64,000 nt of DNA from Patescibacteria group bacterium (GCA_049317985.1 JBMOHF010000004.1:254-64253); one strand, 5' to 3'. Counted from the first letter of the stretch, positions 48,762 to 58,281 are shown. Translations and numbers: made by a program. Notes: generated from the sequence alone by a model not told the origin.

Positions 48762-51314
48762 TTAAGCAGATTTTTTTTGATATTTATCATTTTGAAACCA
48801 TTTTAATACTTCGAACCAAAATAAACTGGCGAAGGTGGTTAACAAAACTAGCAGTATGTCAATAAAATTTAAGGGGGCTAAGTGAAATAGTGTGGCGAAG
48901 AAAGGGATGTAAAGAACGGCAGCTAAACAAACTAAAGCTCCAAGAAAAACGGAGATAAATATTTTATTTGCCGAACGAATAATTTGGTAAAAATGCTTTT
49001 TCCAAGATAAATTAATGACAATTAAAAATAAGTTAGAAATAACCAGGGATGCAAACGCTAATGACCTAGCATCACTCTCGCTACGGCCAGATTTTATCAC
49101 ATGAAAGAATAGGAGAAATGTGCCGATTAAAATGGCAAATCCCTGAGCCAAATTAATTAAAATTGTTCTTGAATCAAACATTTTTTGTCGCAGATTTCTT
49201 GGTGGTCTTTTCATGATATTTTTATCTGGTTTTTCCGCCTCAAAAACCGTGGAACAGGCCGGATCAATAATTAATTCCATAAATGCAATGTGAGCAGGGA
49301 ATAAAACCACGGGTAGACCAAAAGCTAGCGGAAGAACGGACATTCCCGCAATAGGCACATGAACTGCTAAAATGTAACCCATTGCTCTTTTGAGGTTATC
49401 ATAAATCCTTCTGCCAAGGCGGACAGCGGAAACGATTGAAGAGAAATCATCATTAAGTAGAATCAGGGCTGACGCTTCTCTGGCAACGTCCGTACCCCTT
49501 TCTCCCATTGCGACGCCGATGTGAGCGGCTTTCAGCGCTGGCGCATCATTAACTCCGTCGCCGGTCATTGTGACAATTTCGTCATTAGCCTTGAGGGCAT
49601 TCACAATTAAAAGTTTTTGTTCAGGGATTACTCGGGCAAAAACATTTATGGTTTTGATTTGCTCGCGTAGTTCAAGGTGGCTCAATTTTTCGAGATCCTC
49701 TCCAGTGAGATATTTTTCAGGGTTACTAATGCCAATATTTTTAGCAATAAATTTTGCTGTGCCTGGATAATCTCCGGTGATCATAATAACCCGCATACCG
49801 GCCTCGTGTGCCTCACGAATGGCATCAGGAACACTAGCTCTGATTGGATCAATAAAACCAAGGAGGCCAACGAATTTAAAGATAAAGTCATGTTGGTCTT
49901 CTGGTAAGTTTCCGTTAGAATAAACTGCTTCAGCGATACCCAAAACCCGCAAGCCTTTTTCAGCCATTTCTTTTACTATTTCCAAAATTTCTTTTTGTTT
50001 ATTTTGATCAATATGGCAAAGGTCGAGAATCGCTTCTGGGGCGCCCTTTGAGGCAATAACTATTTTATTTTGTTTTTTTGATTGCCAAACGTGGGAAAGA
50101 GCAAGTAATTTTTTTGATAATGAATACTCTTTTTTTAATTCAAAATCTTGATATTTATTTTCGAAATTTTTCAAATAAAGACCGCCCATCTTATTAATTT
50201 CTTTTTCAATCGGATCATAGGCATCTTTCTGACTTGCTAAAACACTGAATTCTAAAAGTTTCTCAAATTTTTCCGGTAAATTTGTTGTGGCAAAATCACT
50301 GACTTCATAAAATGAGTTTTCAAAATATAAGCTACTCAACTCCATTTTATTGAGAGTGATTGTTCCAGTTTTGTCAGTACAAAGAACGGTCGCGGCACCC
50401 AAGGTTTCAATAGCAGCCGAATGTCTGGTGAGAACTTTTCTTCTGGAAATTCTCCAGGCACCTAAAGTTAAAAAGATTAAAAGGACCACCGGAAATTCTT
50501 CTGGGAGAATGGCCATACTCAAGGTAATGCCAGCGAGCAATCCAGCTACGAAATTTCCTTTTAAAATTGTGTAAAATAATACTACTAAAACACAAAGGAT
50601 GAGCCCAATCAGCGCGACCCAACGAACTATTCTGGTTGTCTCTTTGCGTAATAAAGTATCTTCATCTTTAATATTTTCTAAACTTTTACCGATTTTACCA
50701 ATTTCTGTTAATGCCCCGATAAAGTTAACCCGAGCCACTCCATGCCCGCTGGTAATTAGCGTGCCCGAATATATAAAAGGTAAATCGTCTCCTCCGGGTC
50801 TTTGGTTTGCTAATTTTCCGTCCCATTCTAATTTTCTAACTGGGTTGGATTCTCCGGTCAGGAGCGACTCATCGGCTGATAAATTTTCACAAGATAAAAT
50901 CGTGGAGTCGGCTGGGACGCGGTCTCCTTCGCGAATAATTATTATGTCGCCTCTAACGACCTGTTTGCTGTCAATTAATTTCTGTTCGCCATCTCTAATT
51001 ACTAGCGCTTTCGGGCTTGATAAGTCTTTTAGAGCATCAAGGGTTTTTTCAGTTTTTCTTTCTTGGTAGAAAGTAATGCCAATCACAACAAAAACCGCGA
51101 AAAGAAGCATCATTGAGTCCGATACTTCTCCCAGGAAAAGATAGATTACTCCGGCAGCAATAAGTAGTAACAACATCGGTTCAGTGAGAACCTTAAAAAG
51201 GGCAAAAAAGATATTTTTTTTCTTTTGGGTGGATAATTCATTTAATCCTTCCACTTTTAAAATTTCAGCGGTGTTTTTCTGGGAGAGACCAGAAAACTCT
51301 AGGTTGTTTTTCAT
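48762..51314 (-). CDS. Cation-transporting P-type ATPase (Ca2+/P2-type-like)
   Basis: CTDKTGTITLN, ITGD, TGDGVNDAPAL. Start moved to ATG 51314 because the TTG at 51368 is the -35 box. Confidence 0.85.
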   Translation of the reverse strand: MKNNLEFSGLSQKNTAEILKVEGLNELSTQKKKNIFFALFKVLTEPMLLLLIAAGVIYLFLGEVSDSMMLLFAVFVVIGITFYQERKTEKTLDALKDLSSPKALVIRDGEQKLIDSKQVVRGDIIIIREGDRVPADSTILSCENLSADESLLTGESNPVRKLEWDGKLANQRPGGDDLPFIYSGTLITSGHGVARVNFIGALTEIGKIGKSLENIKDEDTLLRKETTRIVRWVALIGLILCVLVVLFYTILKGNFVAGLLAGITLSMAILPEEFPVVLLIFLTLGAWRISRRKVLTRHSAAIETLGAATVLCTDKTGTITLNKMELSSLYFENSFYEVSDFATTNLPEKFEKLLEFSVLASQKDAYDPIEKEINKMGGLYLKNFENKYQDFELKKEYSLSKKLLALSHVWQSKKQNKIVIASKGAPEAILDLCHIDQNKQKEILEIVKEMAEKGLRVLGIAEAVYSNGNLPEDQHDFIFKFVGLLGFIDPIRASVPDAIREAHEAGMRVIMITGDYPGTAKFIAKNIGISNPEKYLTGEDLEKLSHLELREQIKTINVFARVIPEQKLLIVNALKANDEIVTMTGDGVNDAPALKAAHIGVAMGERGTDVAREASALILLNDDFSSIVSAVRLGRRIYDNLKRAMGYILAVHVPIAGMSVLPLAFGLPVVLFPAHIAFMELIIDPACSTVFEAEKPDKNIMKRPPRNLRQKMFDSRTILINLAQGFAILIGTFLLFFHVIKSGRSESDARSLAFASLVISNLFLIVINLSWKKHFYQIIRSANKIFISVFLGALVCLAAVLYIPFFATLFHLAPLNFIDILLVLLTTFASLFWFEVLKWFQNDKYQKKSA

Positions 51315-51339
51315 AGTTTGATAGTTACTTGTTGGGAAA

Positions 51340-51368
51340 ATTATAGCAATTTTTGAAGATTTAGACAA
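51340..51368 (-). promoter_or_regulatory. Sigma70 promoter of the P-type ATPase operon (TTGTCT-17-TATAAT)
   Basis: Plus strand reads attata-N17-agacaa. Confidence 0.65.
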
Positions 51369-51401
51369 AAAAATGGATAATTGGGAATATCTAAAATATA
51401 C

Positions 51402-51428
51402 AAAAAAAAGAACCCAAAATCGGATTCT
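51402..51428 (-). terminator. Intrinsic terminator after the 51446 gene
   Basis: Minus strand AGAAUCC-GAUUUU-GGGUUCU followed by U8. Confidence 0.65.
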
Positions 51429-51445
51429 TTAGAAATGTAAATGCT

Positions 51446-51718
51446 TTAAACTTTTAAACCTTTTGGTCCTACTATTTTTAAAGCAGTTTTAAAACAATAT
51501 TTAAGCATTTGTAGCCATAGTATAATTAAAATTAATACTGCCTGCATTAACTTGATTAGAAATTTTTTTGCCCAGGGATTGTTATCAAAGATTTCTATCC
51601 CCCAGGAAACAATCGGATTTAACTTTGCCCATTTTGGCAACTTTACTATTGCTACCTTCAGAAAAGCGAATCCAAGGTAGCCAAGAACTGCTATTAATAT
51701 TAAGACGGAAATTGCCAT
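51446..51718 (-). CDS. Small membrane protein
   Basis: 90 aa with hydrophobic helices. Confidence 0.5.
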   Translation of the reverse strand: MAISVLILIAVLGYLGFAFLKVAIVKLPKWAKLNPIVSWGIEIFDNNPWAKKFLIKLMQAVLILIILWLQMLKYCFKTALKIVGPKGLKV

Positions 51719-51765
51719 TTTGCCCCCAGTTTATTTATTGGTTGTTAATGATTACTTACGCATTA

Positions 51766-51794
51766 AGTATATCACAATAATATATATTTGTCAA
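51766..51794 (-). promoter_or_regulatory. Consensus promoter (TTGACA-17-TATACT, with TGn extended -10)
   Basis: Plus strand reads agtatatca...tgtcaa. Same promoter type as the array promoters at 58.8, 60.5 and 62.5 kb. Confidence 0.7.
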
Positions 51795-51864
51795 CAGAAG
51801 TTCGAATTGTTTTTTTGGATTTAAAAAGCAGCAAACGGGTGTTTGCTGCTAGTTTCTCGTACCT

Positions 51865-53160
51865 CTATTTTACCAAAATTTTTGGAATATCAGGAGTTGT
51901 ATCGTTTATGATTTTCGTTATTTGATCGAACCCGTTGTAATTACTGTAGCTACTAAGGAATTCGGAAAGCTCTTTAAGTCTGGTAACTATCAGTTCTAGA
52001 TCTTTATCAACGAAATTCCTTTTATAAATAGTGTTGTAAAATTCCAATACATTCTTAAATGAATCGGGCCACACTATTTGTTTTTTAACCGTAGATGGTG
52101 TGAAATAGTTTTTTAGTTCGATTGAGGTTAATAATTGCACAGTAAATCTTTCATAAGCGCCTTCCTCTTTAATGGCTAAAATTAATTTAATATAATCTTC
52201 ACCATCGATCTCGATAGTGGAAATCATTTTCTCAATGAAAGCCCTTCTTTCTTCGACTTTTTTTACCGCCAGATCGTTTCTTTTTGTGTTTTCAGTTTCA
52301 CGTTCTGCCTTTTCTTTGATAGCTTTCTCTTCTTTTTCTTTTTTAACTTTTAAAGCTTCTGCTTTTCTATTTTGTATTCTGGTGTAACCGCGAATCAATA
52401 AATACATGCCAATTAATATAGTTAAAGTCAATAATATCAACCAAATTGATAGAGCAGGGGCTAATTCAAAAGTCCCAACCCGAACAATAAACTTCCATAT
52501 TATGGCAAAAAAATTACCGATACCATTCCAAAATTGAATCGCAGTGCTTGTTATTGCAGTTAGTAGTAATAATATCGGCATAATCACCGAAACGATATGC
52601 TCTTTATTATCAATATCGTTGAAACCCCCAAACAGAAGCCCAAAAATTATTGATAAAACAAAAGGAATCCAGATTAATTGGGTCCCGAAAACGAGATAGG
52701 TAAAAATAATTATTGAAAGACCAACAACTATTCCCAAATACAGTCTTAATTTCTCGTACGGCCCAAAGTTTCTGCTAAAAGAAAGAAGGATAATCAATAT
52801 TAACGTCACAGAAATACTAATTGAAATCCCTAGACTTCCGAACGGATTAAATAATGCTGAAAAATTTAGGTAAATTAAACGCAAGACGCCTAACGATATG
52901 GCAATTTTAATTAGATTGTAAATAATGTTTTTGGCTTTTAAAATCTTTCCATCAAAGGTGTAATTATCAAAAGATAAACTACTGTATTCACTCCAAGTAT
53001 AATATTTTTTCGATTTTAAACATATTATTCCGAGAATAATTAACGACGCGAAAAGCATCGTTAACCCAATTGCAAAGGTTTGATACAATGCATTAAACAA
53101 CACAGCAGAATATACTGCCGGCCAAAAAAGGCTTAAAATAATTCTTAATTTGTTTTCCAT
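51865..53160 (-). CDS. Polytopic membrane protein with K/E-rich linker and C-terminal soluble domain
   Basis: 431 aa. About 8 hydrophobic segments, then a charged coiled region. Confidence 0.55.
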   Translation of the reverse strand: MENKLRIILSLFWPAVYSAVLFNALYQTFAIGLTMLFASLIILGIICLKSKKYYTWSEYSSLSFDNYTFDGKILKAKNIIYNLIKIAISLGVLRLIYLNFSALFNPFGSLGISISISVTLILIILLSFSRNFGPYEKLRLYLGIVVGLSIIIFTYLVFGTQLIWIPFVLSIIFGLLFGGFNDIDNKEHIVSVIMPILLLLTAITSTAIQFWNGIGNFFAIIWKFIVRVGTFELAPALSIWLILLTLTILIGMYLLIRGYTRIQNRKAEALKVKKEKEEKAIKEKAERETENTKRNDLAVKKVEERRAFIEKMISTIEIDGEDYIKLILAIKEEGAYERFTVQLLTSIELKNYFTPSTVKKQIVWPDSFKNVLEFYNTIYKRNFVDKDLELIVTRLKELSEFLSSYSNYNGFDQITKIINDTTPDIPKILVK

Positions 53161-53266
53161 GTTTTATAAAATTTTTAATATACATTTTTGGATGCATTCC
53201 TGAGCTTTGACGGCCCATGACTACTTTCGTAGTTTTATCGTGCCACCCTTTTACACGAAGGCTTAT

Positions 53267-53295
53267 ACGTTATCATAAATAGTATATAATGTCAA
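53267..53295 (-). promoter_or_regulatory. Candidate promoter (TTGACA-17-TAACGT)
   Basis: Plus strand reads acgtta-N17-tgtcaa. Leaves a ~100-nt GC-richer leader. Confidence 0.45.
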
Positions 53296-53383
53296 GAGAT
53301 TGGGTTAAGAACGGATTTATGCTCTTTCTAAAAAAGTAAGCACCGGCAGTGCTTACTTTTTTGGCAATCGTAACTGGTAATTA

Positions 53384-54121
53384 CTATCGGATAGTTTCGG
53401 TTAAAGTTTCTCCATCTTCAATCTTTATCTCAATGGTTGGTGATTGGTTGTTGCTAGTCGAGATTTTTTCTCCTTGGAGAGGTAGGCAAGCTTTGAATTC
53501 ATCTTGTTGGACTTTCTGGATTCCTGCTTTTTCTTTGTTCATTGCTTCGTTATTTTCCTTAATTTCATTTTGAAATTTAATAACGCATGTTTTGTTGGCT
53601 TCGACTTGTTCCTTGGCATTAGTTTTATCAAGCGCTGTTTTTTGACAAACATTGCGACCATCAATAGAACTTAAGATTTTTTCATTGTGGGTAGTATTGC
53701 TGACCTTTAAGGCAGCATCTTTTTTATCAATAGCTGTTTTAATGCATTGCGCAATCTCGGGTTTGATAAAGGCTGGCTCTACTTTCTTTTCGACATTTTT
53801 TCTCATCCCCCAAAGTTCAGCTCCTTTTTTAATAATTTTATTAAATAGGGAAATTTCTGATGGGCTTGAAATTTTTTCCATCGGAGTTGTGCTGGTAGCT
53901 TCAATTTTTATATTTTCTGGTTTGTTTGTCTCTACTTTTTTTTGTTCGTTTACCTTTGGTGCTTTTCGAACGCCAAATAGAGAAGCCCCTTCTTTTTTAA
54001 TTCCCTGGAAAAATTTAATTTGATCCGGTGAAGAGATTTTTTCCCGCTCTTGCGCTGAGGTCACGTTAGCAAAAGCAAAAATTAAAGAAAAAATAGACAT
54101 ACTTAACAATATTTTTTTCAT
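53384..54121 (-). CDS. Secreted protein with two internal repeats
   Basis: Signal peptide MKKILLSMSIFSLIFAFANVTSA. Repeats EKISSP.+I.(F)F..I.K.GA.L.G.RK occur twice. Confidence 0.6.
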   Translation of the reverse strand: MKKILLSMSIFSLIFAFANVTSAQEREKISSPDQIKFFQGIKKEGASLFGVRKAPKVNEQKKVETNKPENIKIEATSTTPMEKISSPSEISLFNKIIKKGAELWGMRKNVEKKVEPAFIKPEIAQCIKTAIDKKDAALKVSNTTHNEKILSSIDGRNVCQKTALDKTNAKEQVEANKTCVIKFQNEIKENNEAMNKEKAGIQKVQQDEFKACLPLQGEKISTSNNQSPTIEIKIEDGETLTETIR

Positions 54122-54153
54122 AGTTTTTAGAAGTTAAATTAATAAGTTTCTAT

Positions 54154-54182
54154 ATTTTACCATTTTAGGTGGTTTTCGTAAA
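54154..54182 (-). promoter_or_regulatory. Candidate promoter (TTTACG-17-TAAAAT)
   Basis: Plus strand reads atttta-N17-cgtaaa. Confidence 0.4.
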
Positions 54183-54209
54183 TAATACAGAGAAATAATA
54201 TTCTTGTAT

Positions 54210-54235
54210 AAAAAAGCTACATGTTTCAAGTAGCT
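54210..54235 (-). terminator. Orphan minus-strand intrinsic terminator with no annotated upstream gene
   Basis: Minus strand AGCUAC-UUGAAACAU-GUAGCU followed by UUUUU. Confidence 0.5.
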
Positions 54236-54383
54236 TTCTTGCAACTAAAATTAATTTTGTTTGGTAAATAAAATTAAGCAATCTTCGTTTTACCCAAAAA
54301 TTGTTTCAGAAATGTTTTGATTGAATCGATAGTTATTGTCTGGGTTTCATTTTTGAAAACCAAGAATTGAGAAGTTATCAGGG

Positions 54384-54485
54384 ATGACAACCGGGGATTT
54401 TGCTATTTTAATAGTTTTATTGCTCATTATTCAGATTGTTAAGTGGTTTCTTTGCGGTGTTTATCAATATTTCAATGGTCGATAA
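54384..54485 (+). CDS. Possible 33-aa hydrophobic micro-ORF
   Basis: MTTGDFAILIVLLLIIQIVKWFLCGVYQYFNGR, below the ORF-track length cutoff. No clear promoter. Confidence 0.2.
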   Translation: MTTGDFAILIVLLLIIQIVKWFLCGVYQYFNGR

Positions 54486-54645
54486 TTCCAAAAATTTTAC
54501 TTTTAAATGACCATATTGTCTAGAAAATTGTAAAATGCCGATATTTAAAATCATCATTATTAATCATTTATTTAAATAATTCTCAATAATAATTATCATA
54601 TATTAGCCAAAAATATGCCTTTTTGTCATTTATCGTTAGTGCCTA

Positions 54646-54674
54646 TTGACTTTATTTTAATATCATGTTATTAT
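54646..54674 (+). promoter_or_regulatory. Sigma70 promoter (TTGACT-17-TATTAT)
   Basis: Hexamers just upstream of the 54693 ORF. Confidence 0.55.
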
Positions 54675-54692
54675 TAAAGACTAGTAAGATTA

Positions 54693-55199
54693 TTGTTGGA
54701 CCTTAAAAATTTAGAAACCATGACCCCGGAAAAAATAGCTATAGTATTGGTAAAAATTCGCTGGAGTGTGGCCAATAAGGTCATCCGGCAATACGCTTTT
54801 TTTATTAAAATGATGCCGCTCGCGGGACCATTAATGTTTATGTCGTTGGTAATGATTTACGAAAAGTCATTATTGGCAGCGACGTTATTTCTGGTTATTT
54901 CAATTTTTTTCCATTCTGCACCCAGGATTGTTATAATCGTAGCAAAATGGATAAGAATTCGTGCACAACGTGATATTAAATTTTCTATAAATTATAAAAA
55001 TTTTCAAGAAAATTTAAGACTCTCAGAGTCGCCCCAAGAAAGGGCGGAAATAAAAAAGAAAATGCGTGAAAATAGAGCAAAAGATACAGACTTAAGAAAT
55101 GGAAAGATAATTTACTTCATCTTAATTTTTCTGTGGTTCAGTGCTTGTTTCACAATAATAAACTACCTTTTGGAGTATCTCTTAAAAAATATGAAATAA
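54693..55199 (+). CDS. Membrane protein
   Basis: 168 aa with TM helices. The start could be ATG 54720. Confidence 0.5.
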   Translation: MLDLKNLETMTPEKIAIVLVKIRWSVANKVIRQYAFFIKMMPLAGPLMFMSLVMIYEKSLLAATLFLVISIFFHSAPRIVIIVAKWIRIRAQRDIKFSINYKNFQENLRLSESPQERAEIKKKMRENRAKDTDLRNGKIIYFILIFLWFSACFTIINYLLEYLLKNMK

Positions 55200-55218
55200 T
55201 TTCCAAAAAATTACTCAC

Positions 55219-55249
55219 AAAGAGGACAATTTAGTTTTGTCCTCTTTTT
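55219..55249 (+). terminator. Intrinsic terminator
   Basis: AAAGAGGACAatttagtttTGTCCTCTTTtt. Confidence 0.8.
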
Positions 55250-55267
55250 GCTACCTATAAAATATTA

Positions 55268-55296
55268 TTGACATTATTATCGATTAGTGTTAATAT
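55268..55296 (+). promoter_or_regulatory. Consensus promoter (TTGACA-17-TAATAT)
   Basis: The ORF-track TTG start at 55268 is the -35 hexamer. Confidence 0.65.
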
Positions 55297-55336
55297 TAGT
55301 TTATTGAAATGTTTGTTAACAATAAAATTATCAGAA

Positions 55337-56140
55337 ATGAAAAAAATAGGTGTCTGGTTTATGTTCTTATTCTGTACTAACTTGTCATTCGGACAAGAAA
55401 TAGACAGTAATCAAATTTTCCCGAAATTACCTCAATTGGCATTAATGATTGCCAATAATGGTTCCGGGATTAATGTCCGATATGTAAATAAGTTAATTTC
55501 GGTTGAGGTCTCAAGTTACCTGTTAGAAGAAAATGGCGAGCAGGTTAAAAATCGTGAATTTTCTTTTGGCTTAATCTATGTTAATGCTAAAGAGGACCAT
55601 GATAATCATGTTCATAATTTTCGGATTGGTTATGTGGACAGAAAAATGGTAAATGCTCTCTGGAGTTTTGATGAGCAACTGATCATTGCTCCCGTAACTG
55701 CTAGATTAAATGGACTTTTTCTGGCTTATCAATATAGATTTCTGGCTATGGCGGAAAAACCATATTCAATGTTTAGAGAAATAAATCTGAACCCGAGAAT
55801 TCTATATTTAAAGGAAGAAGGAAAAGCCAATGTTACTACGGTGAACTTTATAAGCAATTTTCTTTTATGTGGTGTTCGTCTAGGCGCTGGGGGAATGGAA
55901 ATTAACCCATCCGTTCATTTTGGTCTTGATAGCCGTGAAATAAACCGATTTCAAATGGGAATGTCTTACGGTATTGGTTTACACCTAAGGGGATATGATT
56001 ATCAAAAATATTATGCATCCGATATTATCTCTTTGGAGTATATCAGTGGAAACCAGGCAAGTCGCTCTGTTAGTTCTTATCGCTTGACGATCAATATTTT
56101 TGGGGTAATCGATTTTTTTAAGAGAAGGTCACTCAATTAA
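55337..56140 (+). CDS. Secreted beta-rich protein
   Basis: Start moved to ATG 55337. Signal-like MKKIGVWFMFLFCTNLSFGQE. Alternating-pattern sequence. Confidence 0.5.
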   Translation: MKKIGVWFMFLFCTNLSFGQEIDSNQIFPKLPQLALMIANNGSGINVRYVNKLISVEVSSYLLEENGEQVKNREFSFGLIYVNAKEDHDNHVHNFRIGYVDRKMVNALWSFDEQLIIAPVTARLNGLFLAYQYRFLAMAEKPYSMFREINLNPRILYLKEEGKANVTTVNFISNFLLCGVRLGAGGMEINPSVHFGLDSREINRFQMGMSYGIGLHLRGYDYQKYYASDIISLEYISGNQASRSVSSYRLTINIFGVIDFFKRRSLN

Positions 56141-56160
56141 TTAGTTAATTAGAAATTTTT

Positions 56161-56188
56161 AGCTCACTATATATAGTGAGCTTTTTTA
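56161..56188 (+). terminator. Intrinsic terminator
   Basis: AGCTCACTATATATAGTGAGCT palindrome followed by TTTTT. Confidence 0.8.
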
Positions 56189-56264
56189 ATATCTGAATAT
56201 AATACGAATATTTTTTATTTATTATTCTTGAATCTATAATATTTTCTTTAGTGTTTTTAGAAAT

Positions 56265-56294
56265 AAAAAAGGAGACGAATTCTTCGTCTCCTTT
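56265..56294 (-). terminator. Intrinsic terminator after the 56314 gene (bidirectional shape)
   Basis: aaaaaaGGAGACGAAttcTTCGTCTCCttt. Confidence 0.75.
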
Positions 56295-56313
56295 GAGGAA
56301 AATGATTTTTGAC

Positions 56314-56571
56314 TTAATTTTTGCTGCTACGTCGTGAGATCATATCGCTTGCTTTATTGTATTTAATAGTAAAAATAATAAAAATTACGATAAAAAATAC
56401 AAGTGGTCCAAAATAATACAAGTCCGAAAACTCAAATTTCGGTCCGCCGAAGAAAAAAAGATAAATATACGAAAGTAAAGCCGTTAATAAACCCGCACTC
56501 CCCGAAAAAATAGTGATTAAGAAAAGTGTTTTTTGTTTTCTTAATAATTTCTGATTATTTTCTTTATCCAT
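56314..56571 (-). CDS. Small two-TM membrane protein
   Basis: 85 aa with two hydrophobic helices. Confidence 0.5.
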   Translation of the reverse strand: MDKENNQKLLRKQKTLFLITIFSGSAGLLTALLSYIYLFFFGGPKFEFSDLYYFGPLVFFIVIFIIFTIKYNKASDMISRRSSKN

Positions 56572-56610
56572 GTTTTGGTGTTTTTAATGATTCTAAGATT
56601 AACTGAGATA

Positions 56611-57105
56611 TTACTTGATACTCTTCAATTTTTTGAGCAATCTTCTTTGAGCGAGAAGAATTTCAATATAAAATTTCTCAGGCAAAGAAGTATTAGGATT
56701 TTCAACGCCAACGTCATGATAAATAAAGGCGCCATGAGTCATCGATAAGGCTTTTTGAACTTTAATATTTTGCCTGATTTTCTCGGAAATAAACATAGCG
56801 ATCAGTAATCGATGTTCAATGGAATTGTATTCAATCATTTTATTGTTCCAGAAAACATAATGTGTAGAGCCGGGAATAATGGATTTGGTAACTTTTCGTC
56901 CCGCTTTTAAGGCGTCAAGACCATTCATTTTAAAAACTTCCTCTCTTTCTTTTTGATCGAAAAATTTGATACCCTGCAAGGCACTTTCTACTGATTTGAA
57001 AGAATAATCTCCGATCGTAAAGGGTATGTTGGCAAGATTTGAAAGAATCGCTCCTCGCCAATCTTCGGAATCAGATCTGATATTAATAATTTCATTTTTT
57101 GGCAT
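56611..57105 (-). CDS. Possible NADAR (DUF1768/YbiA-like) family protein
   Basis: WRGAILSNLANIPFTIGDYSFKSVESALQGIKF resembles the NADAR LSNF...F.S.E...Q..KF core. By eye only. Confidence 0.4.
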   Translation of the reverse strand: MPKNEIINIRSDSEDWRGAILSNLANIPFTIGDYSFKSVESALQGIKFFDQKEREEVFKMNGLDALKAGRKVTKSIIPGSTHYVFWNNKMIEYNSIEHRLLIAMFISEKIRQNIKVQKALSMTHGAFIYHDVGVENPNTSLPEKFYIEILLAQRRLLKKLKSIK

Positions 57106-57141
57106 GATTATTACATTTTTAATTTACAATATTAACAAAAT

Positions 57142-57171
57142 AATTTACCATTATTTACCCAAGTTCGTCAA
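57142..57171 (-). promoter_or_regulatory. Candidate promoter (TTGACG-18-TAAATT)
   Basis: Plus strand reads aattta-N18-cgtcaa. Confidence 0.4.
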
Positions 57172-57227
57172 TAGCGACATCCTGATAGCGGGTAAGCTGC
57201 ATGGTCATGACGAACATTGAAAAATCT

Positions 57228-58157
57228 TTAGTTCACCACCAATAAGAAAACGCCGCCAAGAATGATAATCGTCGCGAGAATCTTTTTTAAAATATCGTCT
57301 TCGCCGAAAAACTTTTTTCCGATAAAAACGTTAAAAAGAGATGATAGTTTATAAACAGCAACAACCAAGCCAATACTGGCGGTAATTTTAATTGCCGAAA
57401 TATATAAATAGCGATGAATAACCGCAAGAAAAGAAATTAATAAAATTACTTTCCAAAATTTATATAAATCAAGTTTAAAATTTGGAAATAGATTAGGTTT
57501 AACGCTAATAAAAATTAAATAATTAAAGGCGATAAAAATTTGGATAATCGCTAAATATGCTAGAGAGTTAATATTTAGACCCGAAAGAATGGCTTTATCA
57601 AATATAGAACAAATAGCTCCCAAAACCAGGCAAAGAGCAATATAAAGAAGATATCTTTTTCTGCCTTTTTTGAAAATACCACTGCTATGTTCAAAATTTT
57701 TAAATTCGAGAAACATTATTCCAAGCACCATTAAAATCAAGCCAGATAGTTGAAAAATATTAATCTTTTCTCCTAAAATAAAAAAGGCAAATAAAGAAAC
57801 AACCAGCGGTAAGAGGGCTAAAATTGGTGCAACCTCACTAATTGCACTATGTTTCATTGCTTTAAAAATAAGCAGGGAAGTAACGGTTGAGAATAAAGAA
57901 GCAATATAGATGACAATTAATATGTGCCAGTTAATATTTGAAAAATTAGCGACAAGCAAGAAGGGAATTGAAATAATTGCATTCCCAAAAGCAAACATTG
58001 CTGCGAAACCAAAAGTTCGCGCCTCACTCAAAGTTCTTTTTTCTAAAATTGTTTCAAAAACAATGAAAAAAACCGCCGTAATCACTAATAGAAACCAAAT
58101 CATAATATAAAAGTTAGTATACAAAAAAAATAGCATAAAAAAAGCTATCTCGTCCAA
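57228..58157 (-). CDS. EamA/DMT-family transporter
   Basis: 10-TM pattern in two EamA-like halves. The start is uncertain (TTG 58157 or ATG 58103). Confidence 0.7.
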   Translation of the reverse strand: MDEIAFFMLFFLYTNFYIMIWFLLVITAVFFIVFETILEKRTLSEARTFGFAAMFAFGNAIISIPFLLVANFSNINWHILIVIYIASLFSTVTSLLIFKAMKHSAISEVAPILALLPLVVSLFAFFILGEKINIFQLSGLILMVLGIMFLEFKNFEHSSGIFKKGRKRYLLYIALCLVLGAICSIFDKAILSGLNINSLAYLAIIQIFIAFNYLIFISVKPNLFPNFKLDLYKFWKVILLISFLAVIHRYLYISAIKITASIGLVVAVYKLSSLFNVFIGKKFFGEDDILKKILATIIILGGVFLLVVN

Positions 58158-58242
58158 TTTTGACTCGTCTGAGACTAAGTGTCCGCTGTAAAATCAGAGA
58201 ACAGATTAGAGAAGATTCTTAGGCAAACTGATTTTTTAAAAT

Positions 58243-58274
58243 AAAAAAGGAAGCTTGTGAGGCTTCCATTTTTT
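58243..58274 (-). terminator. Intrinsic terminator after cassette 58282
   Basis: aaaaaaGGAAGCttgtgagGCTTCCatttttt. Confidence 0.7.
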
Positions 58275-58281
58275 CGATTTT

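Noticed and set aside
57163-57215. Perfect 8-bp inverted repeat GTTCGTCA...TGACGAAC between the EamA gene stop and the NADAR-like gene promoter, considered as a terminator.
   Set aside because: The loop is long (37 nt) and no U-run follows on the minus strand. One arm overlaps the putative -35 (TTGACG). I cannot tell an operator from chance, so I did not call it as a feature.
58190-58225. A possible additional degenerate junction-repeat copy (tcagagaacagattagagaagattcttagg) upstream of the EamA gene.
   Set aside because: The similarity to the repeat core is too weak to separate from AT/purine-rich background by eye.
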